DNA of 64,000 nucleotides from Pocillopora damicornis (GCF_003704095.1 NW_020843837.1:248001-312000), one strand, 5' to 3'; positions 1 to 12,100 are shown, counted from the stretch's first letter. Notes: generated by a model from the sequence alone, not told the origin. Numbers and translations: made by a program.

Positions 1-208
1 TTGATGTTGAGTTTGAGAAATCATCGGAAGTTGCTGGATCATTTTCGGAAATTCCGGTCATGAGGAGACGAAAATCTCACGCATTAGACTCTATTAAGGT
101 TGACAGGTATAGAACATCAAGATGAGTTGACAAGGTCTTAAGCTACCTGTCTAGAACATAGAACTGGGAGAGATATCCGTATAACCCCATACTACTCCAA
201 AATAAAAC

Positions 209-604
209 CGCAGTCCCAAAGGCAACCGATTGTTTTGGTCATTGTTTCTTTCATCCAAGAACTGTATGCATGATGGAGTATGGGGTCAAACAGAAAATTG
301 TCCAGAACTGAAAACAGCAGGGAAAGAATGTGAGAATAGTTTACCTGAACTCTTGCAAGTTGAAGATCGCTTTTCTGTAACCACTAGTAACATGTATTCC
401 AAGTGACACGTGGGGGCATAAACATTCACCATTCCCAGCGTTTTAAACCAACTTCAGCCATTTCCCTCAAATTTTCGAACCACTCAGTAAGGGATCACAA
501 GTTTATAAACCCATATGAGGCTAAAAGTACCAATGACGTACAGGTTCTGGACACAAACTACAGCCAATCTTGCTTCCAACGTCATTTTTCGCATCAGCCG
601 CCAT
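209..604 (-). CDS. Possible first coding exons (604-542, 261-209) of a gene running off the left end, possibly a RING-type zinc-finger protein
   Basis: AACAACATGGCG start context; exon 1 reads MAADAKNDVGSKIGCSLCPEP then gtacgt. A phase-0 join to CAG|FLDERNNDQNNRLPLGLR resembles the start of a RING domain (CxxC..F...RxP..L), but the second donor is weak. CpG-rich segment with TTTCGCGG just upstream. Confidence 0.3.
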
Positions 605-1660
605 GTTGTTCTCTCTAATTTTTTTTCCAGTCCTCGTCCCTCACGGTGAATTTCGCGGCAACGCGCGATATCGCGCGAATTTTGTGGTATCCCACGCTAC
701 GTGTCTAACTACTTTATTTAGGAAAACAATCACATAAACGTTCGGTCAGGGTGTTATAGACTTTCTAGTGTTATCTTCATTCAGTCATAACCTTGATATT
801 AATGTTTGCAAGTCATAGGTTGGTTGTTGAAGGCTCTACACGGCTTAGGAGGTGTACTATCGGTTTGAAGATTCTGGCTCAAAGCCGCCGAACGGGGGAA
901 TCCAGCTCAGGTCTCCACCAAATATGTTACGACGCAGTGACGAGGGACACTATTTTCTGAGAAGACCCGCGCTACCGAGAGGCACCAAGACTCCGTTACA
1001 TGCCCTTAAGTACTCTATTGGCGAGCATGTTTGGGTTAAGGGCCGACTGACTTTGGAGGATTAAACCTCTAAGTTAAAGAACTGACCCAAATACTTTCAT
1101 GTAAGTTGTGGACTGAGTTAAACAACAAAATACTAGATATTTTCCAAACAAAAAGCCATTCTTTGAAAGCCAAAATCAAAACAGGAACTTTGGTGTCGGT
1201 CCGAACCAAGGTCAGTACACAAACCCAGATAAGACTGACCACCCGGAGGGAAGTCATGATCAATGTTTGATAGATAAGCTGTATAAACCGCTCCTCAAAG
1301 GTACAAACTACATCTTCGGTCCTGCGAACACTTGGCATGTGACTTACATAAGGACCACACAATAGTCAGTTAAATTTAAACGGTTTGAAAAGAAATCACA
1401 ATTAAGTGAAAAACATCTCCAATTTAGGTAAGAAAATAGTCAGACAACGAGACAAAACAGACGACAAGCAGGAAACTCTAGGTGCGGGCTTCGATTATCA
1501 CAATGATAACCTTAAAAAAAACATAAACACATCAAAATACTTCACAACAACCAAATATTGAAAGAGTTCAACATTTCAGAACACGTCTTATCGTTATACT
1601 CTCTCCGTCTCGGGATAACAATTGTAGTACCTCCAACTCGAAATTATTATAGTTTTTATA

Positions 1661-1805
1661 GGAACTGTGGTGCTGCGTCGGTGGGGGTTTTCGAGTGCTA
1701 CCCCTTCGTGTTCGCTCTGACGAACGGCTAACGGTCGAAACGTCAGCTTTAGAGACTCTTTACGGTGGCCAATTTACATCATCAACTCAGTCGATGAAGC
1801 TAAAT
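1661..1805 (+). mobile_element. Penelope-terminal-repeat-like element with minimal hammerhead motif (1714-1747)
   Basis: Shares ACTGTGGTGCTGCGTCGGTGGG and TACGGTGGCCAATTTAC...TCAACTCAG with copies at ~7007, 30088, 60915 and 63096; contains GCT-CTGACGA-ACGGCTAACGGTC-GAAAC-GTC-AGC. Confidence 0.7.
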
Positions 1806-2513
1806 CATTTTTGGGTTGTTAAACTGTTTTCAGTTTTCCCTCTCAGTAGTTTTACAAGCCAGTAAAGTTGGAGCTCAAATGAATCGAACCCAGATTTAAT
1901 AACCAAGTCTTTAATATCGAGGAAATAAAGTTATGTCGGCGAAAACTTCCAAAGTGCTTTTGGTTTACCCCGACAGAGACTTGTTTCTTAAATCACTCGG
2001 TACCTTTTTTTTTTTCGCTTTTACGATTCGAACTGACGCCAGCTTTCATGACGCTGGACGGTGATCTCGACTTGTTTCAATTAAGCCGGTTTCGGTTAGG
2101 TCGAACAATGGGAATGGCACGGCGTGGTGTGAACAAGAAACAAGATGTCAACGTTGTAAGCCTAGTGTAACAAACCACAATGTTGCAATCTTGTTGGTGT
2201 AGGCAACATAATCCAATCACTCCCAAGTCTGCATGTTAAGGCTATAGCTTGCGCTTGTATTGTTTGGTTCTCTATTATTCTTCTTTATTGCTATCATTCA
2301 ATCGTAGACAGCAAAAGCAACAAGCATTTTTCTATGAAAGGCTGCAAAGAAAATCGTACATGTCACGAATATAAGCCCCTTGGTAATGAAACAGTTTCGT
2401 CATAGCGACAAAATCGTTCAAAGTATGTACGCAACAAACGGAAATATCTAGCATGTTCTCAACAGTTTAAAGACCACGGTCAAGAGCTGGTTAACGCAAT
2501 TAACGCAAGCTAT

Positions 2514-2724
2514 TTAACCCTTTCTCCCCCAAGATCTCATTAGTAATTCTCCTTACTGTAAGAGATACAATTCCCTTTGTGTCAATTCGAAGAATTTGTT
2601 ATCGGATCAACTAATAATCCCCTAATTGATGTTTTTCTTTATTCTCATCACTTGTCTGCTTGGTATTATTACTGATATCGTGAGGAGAAATTTCGTTCGG
2701 GTCAGTCATAGCATTAAAAGGTGA
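2514..2724. mobile_element. MITE-like element starting TTAACCC
   Basis: About 210 bp, similar in sequence and length to 33660-33863; partial related copies near 30895-31005 and 42860-43025. Confidence 0.55.
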
Positions 2725-3288
2725 AAGCCGTTGGGCCTACGTAAGAAAAAGCGCCCGAAATGTGAAACAAAGAAGAAGATTAACACAAATATCTTTTAAT
2801 TTCATTTCAACCCATTAAGGTTATTTCTGTTTTTATTTTAATTTATTTTTTATCCTAAGTTGGACACTTTTTATTCTGAAAGGTTAGTCTTCATGGTTTA
2901 TCGTCCGATGGGGTAGCTTACAAAAAGGGAAAAAAAATTTCGATAACAGGAAACAATCAATGGATTCCGTCTAAATTCGTTGTCATTTTTGCTTGCTTTT
3001 CACTAAGAACTAACTTGCACAGCGGAATTCAATTGGAATCATTTTTCGTTTTTTTTGATGTGATTTGAAGGTTGATGTTGTTTGGTAATAGTAACGCTAC
3101 TGCAAACTACAACAAACGTTCTCAGTAGGAGCCAATTACACAGATTTACAATGTACGTCTTATCAGTAAAACTACGTAACAGTTACTTTAGAGTATGGTT
3201 AAATAGTTTAGATCACATGACGTATGTAGCACCATACTTTGGGAGTTGCCACGTCCCCTTTCCCTCCATTTCTTATCCGTGAAGCCAG

Positions 3289-3360
3289 CATTTTCATCTT
3301 CGAGCCACAGGGACCCACAATTTGGGCAGGCTTACCCCTGAGGCTGTCATTCGTGAAACG
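3289..3360 (-). promoter_or_regulatory. SECIS element (form II) of deiodinase A
   Basis: Minus-strand RNA: CGUUUCACGA-AUGAC-AGCCUCAGGG-GU-AA-GCCUGC(CCAAAUU)GUGGGU-CCCUGUGGCU-CGAA-GAUGAAAAUG. It has the AUGA/GA core, a 10-bp helix II with one U.U mismatch, AA 12 nt after the core and an apical mini-helix. It lies about 170 nt after the stop codon. Confidence 0.88.
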
Positions 3361-3527
3361 TTGACAGGGTCAGACGAGAAACATAGGACACAGATTACAT
3401 AAGTCATGTGACTGAACTAAAAAACCCGGTCTCGGGAGAACACGAACGTTTAAAAGTGCGACAATGTTTAAAAGTGTTTCTTTTGTTTGTTCGTTTTTTA
3501 ACAGTTAATAACCGAATTAGCAGCACT

Positions 3528-4977
3528 CTACAGTCTCGCTTTGTACTTCTCCAGCCAGCTTTGCACCTCTGTTATTTTGTAATTGTACGGACCCGTTCCC
3601 CCTTCGTATACTATTTTTCCATCTTGTATAATGAACAGTCTCTCGGGCCACGCGCCATAAGCTTTCGAAGCTTCGTTCTCAAACGCATCGACCATGATTG
3701 GAACAGAGCATCGACTTGATTTTTTCAACATTTCCGCCGCAGCAAGACGATCTTCTAAACTCTTGTGTTGAGGGATTTCGACATTATTCTGTGGGAATAG
3801 AGAAAAAATATCACCGGAAATCAAGCCTACACTAGGTTTTATTTGAATGGCATCACAACATGATTCAGTAAACAATTGCAAAAGTTAGAATGACAAATCA
3901 ACGCTACTTTCTCCTTAAGGCTTTGAGTGAGCTGCTTTTACAATTCTGTGATTCGTTTGACCTCGACCGAGTCTTCCTCGGCTTTATCGGTTGATCGCTT
4001 CATCGTAAAATTATGCATGCAACAGAAATTAAAGTATCTCATTACTATTCTACAAACTGACTTAATCACGTGTTTTGGTTTGATTGCCTCGGGCATATGA
4101 GCATTACGTTTTATTTTTCTCGATAAATGATGATTACATAAAAGCTATTCAAGTCCTGTCATCCTGAAATTCTTTCCCTCGAGGAAGGGAATCCGACCAT
4201 AACGTAAAGTTGGCGAACCGAACCTTCGAAAATGTTTTCAATCAAATCAGTGACTGTTTATACACACAGGAAAACAAAAATTTTCCTGAATTATGAAACT
4301 TTCTAGAGAGCCATTCTTTTTCTGCTGAAGTAGCGGCTTGTCAATAATCAATGAGGTTGAATATTAGAAATGGCTGGATATTCAAGATGAGTCGTAAGAA
4401 CCTGAATAACAGGTGCGCTACAAAAGAGGAACGCATCAACTTTTACTCCTTAAGTAAACTACTGCATAAACACGCGATCAAAAAACAAATACAAACTTAC
4501 ATTCCAGCGCCAGCCATCGGTTGGATGAGCCTCGAGGATGTAAACAGTAAGGAAATCCACTTCGTCGTCATAATCATGAACAACTTTGGCGAAGTTGTTC
4601 AGAAAGTTAATGAAAAATGGGGGTCAGCTACAGCTGCCAAAATTCAGAACCAGTGGGCGCGTGCCTTTAGCGAAATCCAGTAGCCTGCACTCTTTACCAT
4701 CAGTTGAAATAAGCCGGCAATTTGGTGCTAGATTACCCAAGCGGGCAGTCTTGTTCACATCTCCTAACATTATCTTTAAGACGCATCCGAGCATTTTCTT
4801 TCCGCCGTATTCATCCCAAAAATTTTGGTAAGGTACCAGAAGATTGCGCTCTTCGAATTTCTGGATGCGTTCTTTGACATAGGGAATGGAGGAGCCGATT
4901 CTCAACAATATGACCAGAATTGTGGCTTGTAGAGCTGTTAAGCTCAGCAAGATGTTATGGCCCAACTCGGCCAACAT
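3528..4977 (-). CDS. DIO: Iodothyronine deiodinase-like selenoprotein A, 245 aa; exons 4977-4501 and 3788-3528; Sec (TGA) at 4626-4624, codon 118
   Basis: N-terminal hydrophobic anchor; RPLVLNFGSCS-TGA-PPF; the frame continues to YILEAHPTDGWRWN; phase-0 gtaagt...cag intron; exon 2 NNVEIPQHKSLEDRLAAA...AYGAWPERLFII...YEGGTGPYNY. AAAATG start context; SECIS downstream. Confidence 0.95.
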
Positions 4978-6048
4978 TTTCACGTTGGCGCGTTAAAAGC
5001 CGTCTTCGCTCTGAAGTTGCAGACTCAACAGAAGCGATAAGAGTGATTCCCAATGACCGCAGTGAACCCTAGAAAATGATTGAACAATCAGCATTTTTGG
5101 GATGTTTGTCATCAATTTTCGCGTTGAATGTTTGAACTATCGCTGTGGGAGTCACGGAATATTCGGGTTTCCTTTCCTCAAGATGAAACACTTTTTACAA
5201 CTATCAACAAAGCAAAAATTGGATTTGAAAGTCTCCGCAGGACAGTTATATCTCAGCGGGAACAGAGTTAATTTCTGGCCGCGTGTTACAGCCAGAGGGT
5301 CATGTCTATCGTATTTCTAACTATTAGTGTAGGGCGTTGTTTTCAAGTGGTGTCTTTAAGCTGAGGGACTTAACCGGTCAAAACCGTTACATCAACTATA
5401 ATCCAATCCACAGATTTTACCTCTCCATTTAGTGATTCCCGTTAAAAGACATTTTGAAAATTAGGAATAAGTATTACAACCTTCAGCTTAATTAGATTCA
5501 CCTCTTGAGGAAAATGTGACAACGACTCATACTGACGTCAATTCTGATAAAGTGCAACAGACCTGAAGATTTGAAGAGGTCGAACCGTCCTAACTTCGAT
5601 GATAAAACGACAAAAATCAGTGATTTTATACATGACTACTCATTTAACTGCTCGAATGTATTGTTAATTAAGTTGTTTAGACGAACGTATTGAATGTTTA
5701 AGAGTAAGCTGCTAAGTAATGAACTCATCGTTTAACGTAACAAAGCATCAATATAGTACAGCAATTCATCTCGGCCTACGTGAAGAGAAAGGTTTGATGC
5801 ATCTTCTTTGACTTGGGTCATCATAAAACTAAATGAGCAAATTCGTGATTCAAGAGGGTATAACAATGGATCGTAAACAATAACCACAGAACAAAGGAAT
5901 CGTGCATTAAGCAGACAAACGATCTTTAACAGTTCAGTCTGTTTGACTCAAACACAGTATATGACTTTGAACACTTTAAAGGGTTCGTCAACGGACACTC
6001 ATCTTGGCGCATAATTGAAAATTCGCGGTTTCAGCCAAAGAAACGACT

Positions 6049-9000
6049 ATGTACAACATTCAAGGTAAGTTTATTTTGTTTATAATCGAGAATATTCCTC
6101 GGAATTTAGTGCGACAGAATAAGAATTCTCGGCATATGCCATATATTTCCTCTAACACAAATATGAAGGTCACACCGTGTGTGTGACCTCAAACATCGAG
6201 ATCTCTTTTTAAATGAGAAGAAAACAAGTCAGAACTATGCTGCTAAACTGTTTACACTTACATATCAACTCTGAATTATAAAAATTAGACGTTCAGAAAG
6301 TTGAACATATATTTTCCCTGTTTCCCGGAGGAAATAAATGGGATCAAAATGGACACATTCTCAAAATAGCTCAACCCTTACGTTTCCACAAAACCAACTG
6401 ACAGAGGATGTGAAGCAGAAAGGTCAAATTTCAACTGTAATGTAATAAAAGTATTAAACAGCTCTGAAGGGAAGAGCAAAAGCGACTTTTCCGCTATTTT
6501 CTCATCGACTTGATCGACACATTTATTTAGTTTTAAAAGCGACGACAATTTCAACAGGGCTTAAACAACTAGTGATCTCAGGATAGCAACCCCCGGCTGA
6601 AATTGCCGCTAGGCCGGTGAAATGGAGCATTGTTGTGGTAAGGGGGCTATGTAATCATAGACTTTGAACATAACATTGCGGATGGCAACAAAATAGATCA
6701 GGCAACGAGATGGTGCAAAAAATTCTCAAATAAGACCTTTTTTGATGCAAAAAGATATAGAACATTAAGATAGCCGAATGGTTATGTCTAACTGTCTCCT
6801 GAAGTGTTGTTAGAAACAACGGAATGAAGGTAAAGAATTTTAAAATTTGCTAATGTCAGATCGGAAATTTCCATCGATATTCGTCACTAAGTGGACACAG
6901 ACATACCCACATAATGAATAAAAGCTAATGAATCATTAATTAATCTATGAGGTATATAAGTAAAAACGACTGGGTAACCTGTTCTCTCCTTGTTAAGGAA
7001 CAAAGGCAACTGTGGTACTGCTTCGCTGGGAGAGTATAACAGGGTAATATAGTGATATCAACTGAGTTGAAAACGTAAATTGGCCACCGTATAGAGTATA
7101 AAGGCTGACGTTTTGAGCGTTAGCCTTTCGTCAGAGCAATTGGGTTGATATACGTTTGAACAGACGAAGGAAAAAAAACATGATGACCCTTTTTTTTCTT
7201 TCGGTGTTGATTGGTGAAGTAACCATACAAATTGATATGCGGAAATTACTGTTGATAACCTCTGTGAGAAAGGTCACTGTAATCAATAAAGATCATAACT
7301 TAACAAGATCTGAACGAATGACACGTTTACATTTCTTTATTATCATTGTAAGTGTATCATGTCGACGTCTCTGGAATGCTACAATCAAAAGAGTGGTGTA
7401 CAAAGTGGAGAAAGAATCCTGCCGTTCTATCATCGGTGAAACACTGTTTTTTTTTTTTTGCGGTAGCACTCACGTTCACATTGGTTGCCCAGACAGACAG
7501 TTTGAACATACTAGGTGTACTTGAAAAAAAGGTAAATAGATATACATGACCTGTGTTACCTTTCACAAGAAATTTCAAACAGTTGATATTCTTATGGGAG
7601 ATTACTGATATCAATTAGTAATGTGGTTCTTTTTGGCTTTGGGAATAACTTAAAGCCACACCCTCAAACTGACCCTGTTTTTAGTTGTTATTTTGGTACC
7701 GTGCACGAGTGACTATATGTCGTTTCCACTTCAGACGACTTCGTAAAAGTTGGACATTTTTGGAAACTCGCCTTCTTAACTTACTTTCAAGAGGATACGC
7801 AATTTTAAAATAAATTAAGTGTTCCGATTTAGAAGAGCTTTACGGCCGCTCCTTTTTTTAGCCCGTGAATCAAACATAAATTAAACACGACTTTATTTCC
7901 TGTAAAGAGGCGGTCGTGCTCGTTTACAAAAGAAAACGGACCTTAATTACAAGCTATGTAAATGCTACAACTTCACCTTTTTATCATTTATGACGTTAAA
8001 AAATTACGTCTTTGATCCTAATCTCACAGACTGTAAACCGGAAAACCACAAAGACCCAGGGTTCAGAACATCAAGCATATGTAGCTGTTGTGGTAAACAT
8101 TGGTAACCAATAATGTTTTCAAGAAAGATGCTTTGCATTCCATCAAGAAAAGCTGAATCTCTATTCGAATTTCATCTCTCGATAAAAGAAAGGCACGTTT
8201 GTAGCGACAAGAAAGAGAGAGAGAGAGACAACGAGGCACACACGACCACCAAAACATAAGAAAAAAATACTCATCAATGTCGCGCGGTAAATTGTCTGAC
8301 AAATCTCCATTATATCAGTGAAAGCTCCTTAACTTACTCGGAAGTTGTGTTGTTTATCCGTAATTTAACTCTGAAATTGAATATAAGTTGTTAATTCAGT
8401 TAACGTGCTAAGCCATGTGGTCAGGTACGTCTTGCTTAGTTTTCTAAGCGCGATAGAAACATCTTTTTTTTTTTCAATGGAAAAGTAAGAAATATGGTTC
8501 CCTTTCTTCTAAATCCACAACTCTGATAGTTTCTGACCAACCCCCCCTCCCTCTCTCTCTTATGAGCCCCCCCCCACCTGTGTAGAGCTTCAAGTTTATA
8601 ACTAGTCCTCTCTCCTCGAATAAGCTTCCTGAGTAAGACTTCAATTTTCCCACTCAAGAATAAACCATGCGTATAGAGCTTCAAGATTCTTACTGACCTA
8701 CCCTCTCTGAGACAAATATACCTGCATTTGAAAGCCTTTATCGAATCTGAGCGACAATTTTATGGCTCAGGTATGAATGACTGAATGAAAACAAGGTAGA
8801 AAGTAGGAAAACGGATCAAAATAGCAATGGTTGAAGGAAAAGATGAACGAACACACAAATGAATGACTGTGCTTATTGGAAAACGGAGCAACAGTTATAG
8901 ACCGAATTACGTACCAGAAGTATAGCTGTCATCAGCGATATTAGTTCAATTTTACAGTAATTTTCCGTTTTAATCGCTGGGAATTCCTTTGATTAAAGCC

Positions 9001-9934
9001 ATAAAAATTTGTCATCGGTTTTCTTATCAAGGATAAATGCCCGATCTGGCGAAAACCGACAAACAACTTCATATAGCTTCTGTCATAAATCAAAAAGCTT
9101 ATGCGTTACTGTCGTATCTTGCGATTCTAAAAATGCAATTAAAGGAATTAGATTTAGGGATTTGTTTATCCGATAAGTCCTCATAATCCTAAACTGCAAG
9201 CGAAACCACTCAAGTTTAAGAATTTTTGTGAATGCTCTGTGGTTTTCATTCATTTTTATTCGTATCAGGGATGAACTGAAGATAAGAAGGTCATAAAATC
9301 TCTACTTTCTGATTCTGATGTCGCCAGCAAGTATCGCGTTTCTCGAACAATTTTCGCTGAAAGAGTGTATTCATTATGGAAGCAACGCTTGGCTTATCGT
9401 AACCTCCTGCCTAGTGATCATGTTTTGTTGAAATAAAACGAAAATTACCGGCTTCAGTCAGGTTTTTAGTCTTTGGAGAAGAAAAACAACAGCATATGAG
9501 CAATGGAAACAAAAGAACTAAACAAACAATCTAGTCCTGTATCATAACAGCCCATAATTGCCAACAGAGAGAACTCTTCATCGTACGCCAAGTTCAAATC
9601 GTGATAAACACCATAGCCTTTTTAACAGCGTTTTAGCAATGAACTATATCTGCTCGAAGACTGTTAAATAAAAGGAAATACCCGGCATAAGGCTTCTTAA
9701 AATCTGACAAATTCTTTAAGTACGTCCATTAATCAGCACGTGTCAGAAAATCAACCGGTTGCTGATCTTGGAAGAAAGTTCTGCTCAGTGTTTGATGCAA
9801 TCTTGACGTTACTGAAGATAGCATTTCAGAGAAAAAATCAAGTCGTCAGAAAGACATGGCGACCGCAACGATGTTATTACAATTGCTACACAGGAAATTA
9901 TTGTATTTCTGGCCCGTGCGGAACGCACACCTGA
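6049..9934 (+). CDS. Candidate small precursor with a 4-Cys C-terminal peptide, 99 aa; exons 6049-6064, 7353-7531, 9830-9934
   Basis: Phase-consistent GT-AG joins give MYNIQVYHVDVSGMLQSKEWCTKWRKNPAVLSSVKHCFFFFAVALTFTLVAQTDSLNILGVLEKK|RKNQVVRKTWRPQRCYYNCYTGNYCISGPCGTHT*. Alternative ATG at 7376. No homology evidence. Confidence 0.4.
7007..7140 (-). mobile_element. Penelope-terminal-repeat-like element with mutated hammerhead motif (7104-7137)
   Basis: Same family as the 1661 and 60915 copies; minus strand reads GCT-CTGACGA-AAGGCTAACGCTC-AAAAC-GTC-AGC (GAAA changed to AAAA). Confidence 0.7.
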
Positions 9935-11528
9935 CTTTGCTCAGAGATATTAACTTAATACCATACCCCGTTTCAGACCGTTTGGATGACCATTTGAATT
10001 TTGGAAACACGACTATTTGAGCCGTGGTTGGCACTTTTATACCTACTTAGCGCCGAAGTAATACATTGTATCAGTTCCTTACGCATATGGAATGAAAACC
10101 TAACTGTGGAGTTGTGTTCGGCCATATTTCATCGGCTGATAAGTCATTGAAGATAATATGGTGACCTTGAAGATTTCACTGGACGGGCGGATTCTTTGCA
10201 GTTAATTAAAGCACGCAACGAGCTTGCGCAGGCATCCATAGCAATCGATATAATTTACTCCGATTAGTGTTAATAGGTTTACGAAGATCACAAAGAACCG
10301 CTAATAATTCCGAATGAAAGAATACCGCGTTTTGTGAAGAGGCTTAAGACGGATTTCATGTCTCCAAGCACATGTCCTGTTATGAAACATTACGGCGACG
10401 AGTTTTCGCTACTTGCTCATAAATGGCAACCTAGAAAGTCCCATTTATCATTATACAAGTTAAGGTGTTTACCTGTTCTTGAAGCATCAGATTACCGCGA
10501 CGACTTAACAGACGGAAAACACTTGTTTTGGACTCTCTCCTAGTAGCCGAGGGAAAAATCGATCCCGCGGGAGGGTGGGACGGGGGAAGTAGATTTTGCA
10601 AGGTAATGAGTGCACCATCTTGCGTTAATGAACAAGTCACTTTTACCAAATCGGAAGTTCTAAATGCAGGTTCAGCATTGGAAGTGCACGTTCTACACAT
10701 GTGGTACTAAAAGTTGTTAAAATTATAATTTTAGTTAAAAATTTTATAATTTAAATATTCTGTCTCAATACCTTGGAGGTGCCTGCGTGAAGTCAGTCCC
10801 CTTCACAATCGTTTTCGGTCTTATCGAGACCAAGCAGATACTGCGAGGAGACTACCCCGAAATTGATATATAAACAATTTAAACATTTCTCTTATCATAA
10901 AAAGGACAGAGAAAGCGGAATTCTCCGAATTTACCTCGAGTTCGGATGAAGGACAGCCTTCAAGTTCGGTATGCTCTGTACCAGATCATTGAACTGCATT
11001 AACTGCAAAGCCTCCTCAAATTATCCAGCGGCAAATTATGGTGGATCTAAACTAACAGAATGCCTTAATTTCTGCTGACAGACCTAGTGTGTCAGCTGGA
11101 CATGAATGTTTGCTAAAAAAAACCCAAAGCAAGACAAACTAATTTGGATAGATATGTAACAGCTTCAGGAAAATAATATACCATAAAAATAATTATCATC
11201 CAGCCATATTTTCATTTCAATGTCACTTTATGTTACTGATTCCACTTTGGTTGGGTAAAGGCCTTCAAAACCACTGATATAGAGACACAATAAACCACTG
11301 CAACGCTATTCAAGGTGATGTTATGTACCTCTTTGGGTTAAATTGCAAAGGGGATGCAACATTTACCAGGCTTAAATACATTCAATCTTCATTTTTCCTC
11401 GATACCATCATGGGCTCAACAGCAACAGTTGTATCATACATTATCAAAAACCACAACAAAAACAAAGGAAGACTGCTTTCAAGTGTTTTATGTCATTACT
11501 CCAACTATCGTACTTCTGCCATTCTGTT

Positions 11529-11597
11529 AAACGAGCAAATACATCCAGCTGATGAACCCTCGAGTGAGGTTTATATCGTCAGCTTTCATTCGTTACA
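11529..11597 (-). promoter_or_regulatory. SECIS element (form II) of deiodinase B
   Basis: Minus-strand RNA: AACGA-AUGAA-AGCUGACGAUAU-AAA-CCUC(ACUC)GAGG-GUUCAUCAGCU-GGAU. Canonical AUGA/GA core, helix II, AAA 12 nt after the core and a 4-bp apical helix; about 510 nt after the stop codon. Confidence 0.92.
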
Positions 11598-12100
11598 CGA
11601 TAACCACAGACAAAAATAACAACGACATGGGTGCATGATAATCGTACCTTGTAAAAAACAGTGGTCGAATTTCTGGACGTAATATCTGTTATATGACCAA
11701 CATTATTAACTAAACGAGGGCTTCTTTTCATTATATACGCTCCTCTTAAATATGAATAAATATGGAACTTTCACAAAGCTCGGAATTTGAACGAACGGTA
11801 ATAAATAACATAGTAAATAATATAAATATATGCCGTATTAATTTAACAAAAGTTAAAAGAGAGCCACGTTGCAATTTTAATCTTTGAGTCATTTTCGTCA
11901 CCAGCCAAGCCAACTTCAGTTTGAACTTGTCCGCTAAATGTTATCACCATGAGGCTAACAAATATGATAGAGGTATATTTTATTAACAAACTAAGACGGA
12001 ACAAGAGTAGCTAGCATGAAAATTGAAATTGTTCAAGATGCCTAAACTGTAACGTGGCCCTTTTAACGTCTAACAAACTTTCTTTTTACATTACACAATA

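Noticed and set aside
730-1400. Segment that may be a retroelement end or structured RNA
   Set aside because: No recognisable protein motif, terminal repeat or ribozyme core could be fixed.
4586-4831. Similar plus-strand ORFs at 4586-4831 and 15740-15985
   Set aside because: They are antisense shadows of the conserved deiodinase exons.
4624-4983. Deiodinase ORFs ending at TGA (also 15778-16182) read as pseudogenes or truncated proteins
   Set aside because: The TGA is at the catalytic Sec position, coding continues in frame, and SECIS elements are present.
5054-5068. DR3-like nuclear receptor site GGTTCA-ctg-CGGTCA upstream of deiodinase A
   Set aside because: Single imperfect match with no counterpart seen in paralog B; expected by chance.
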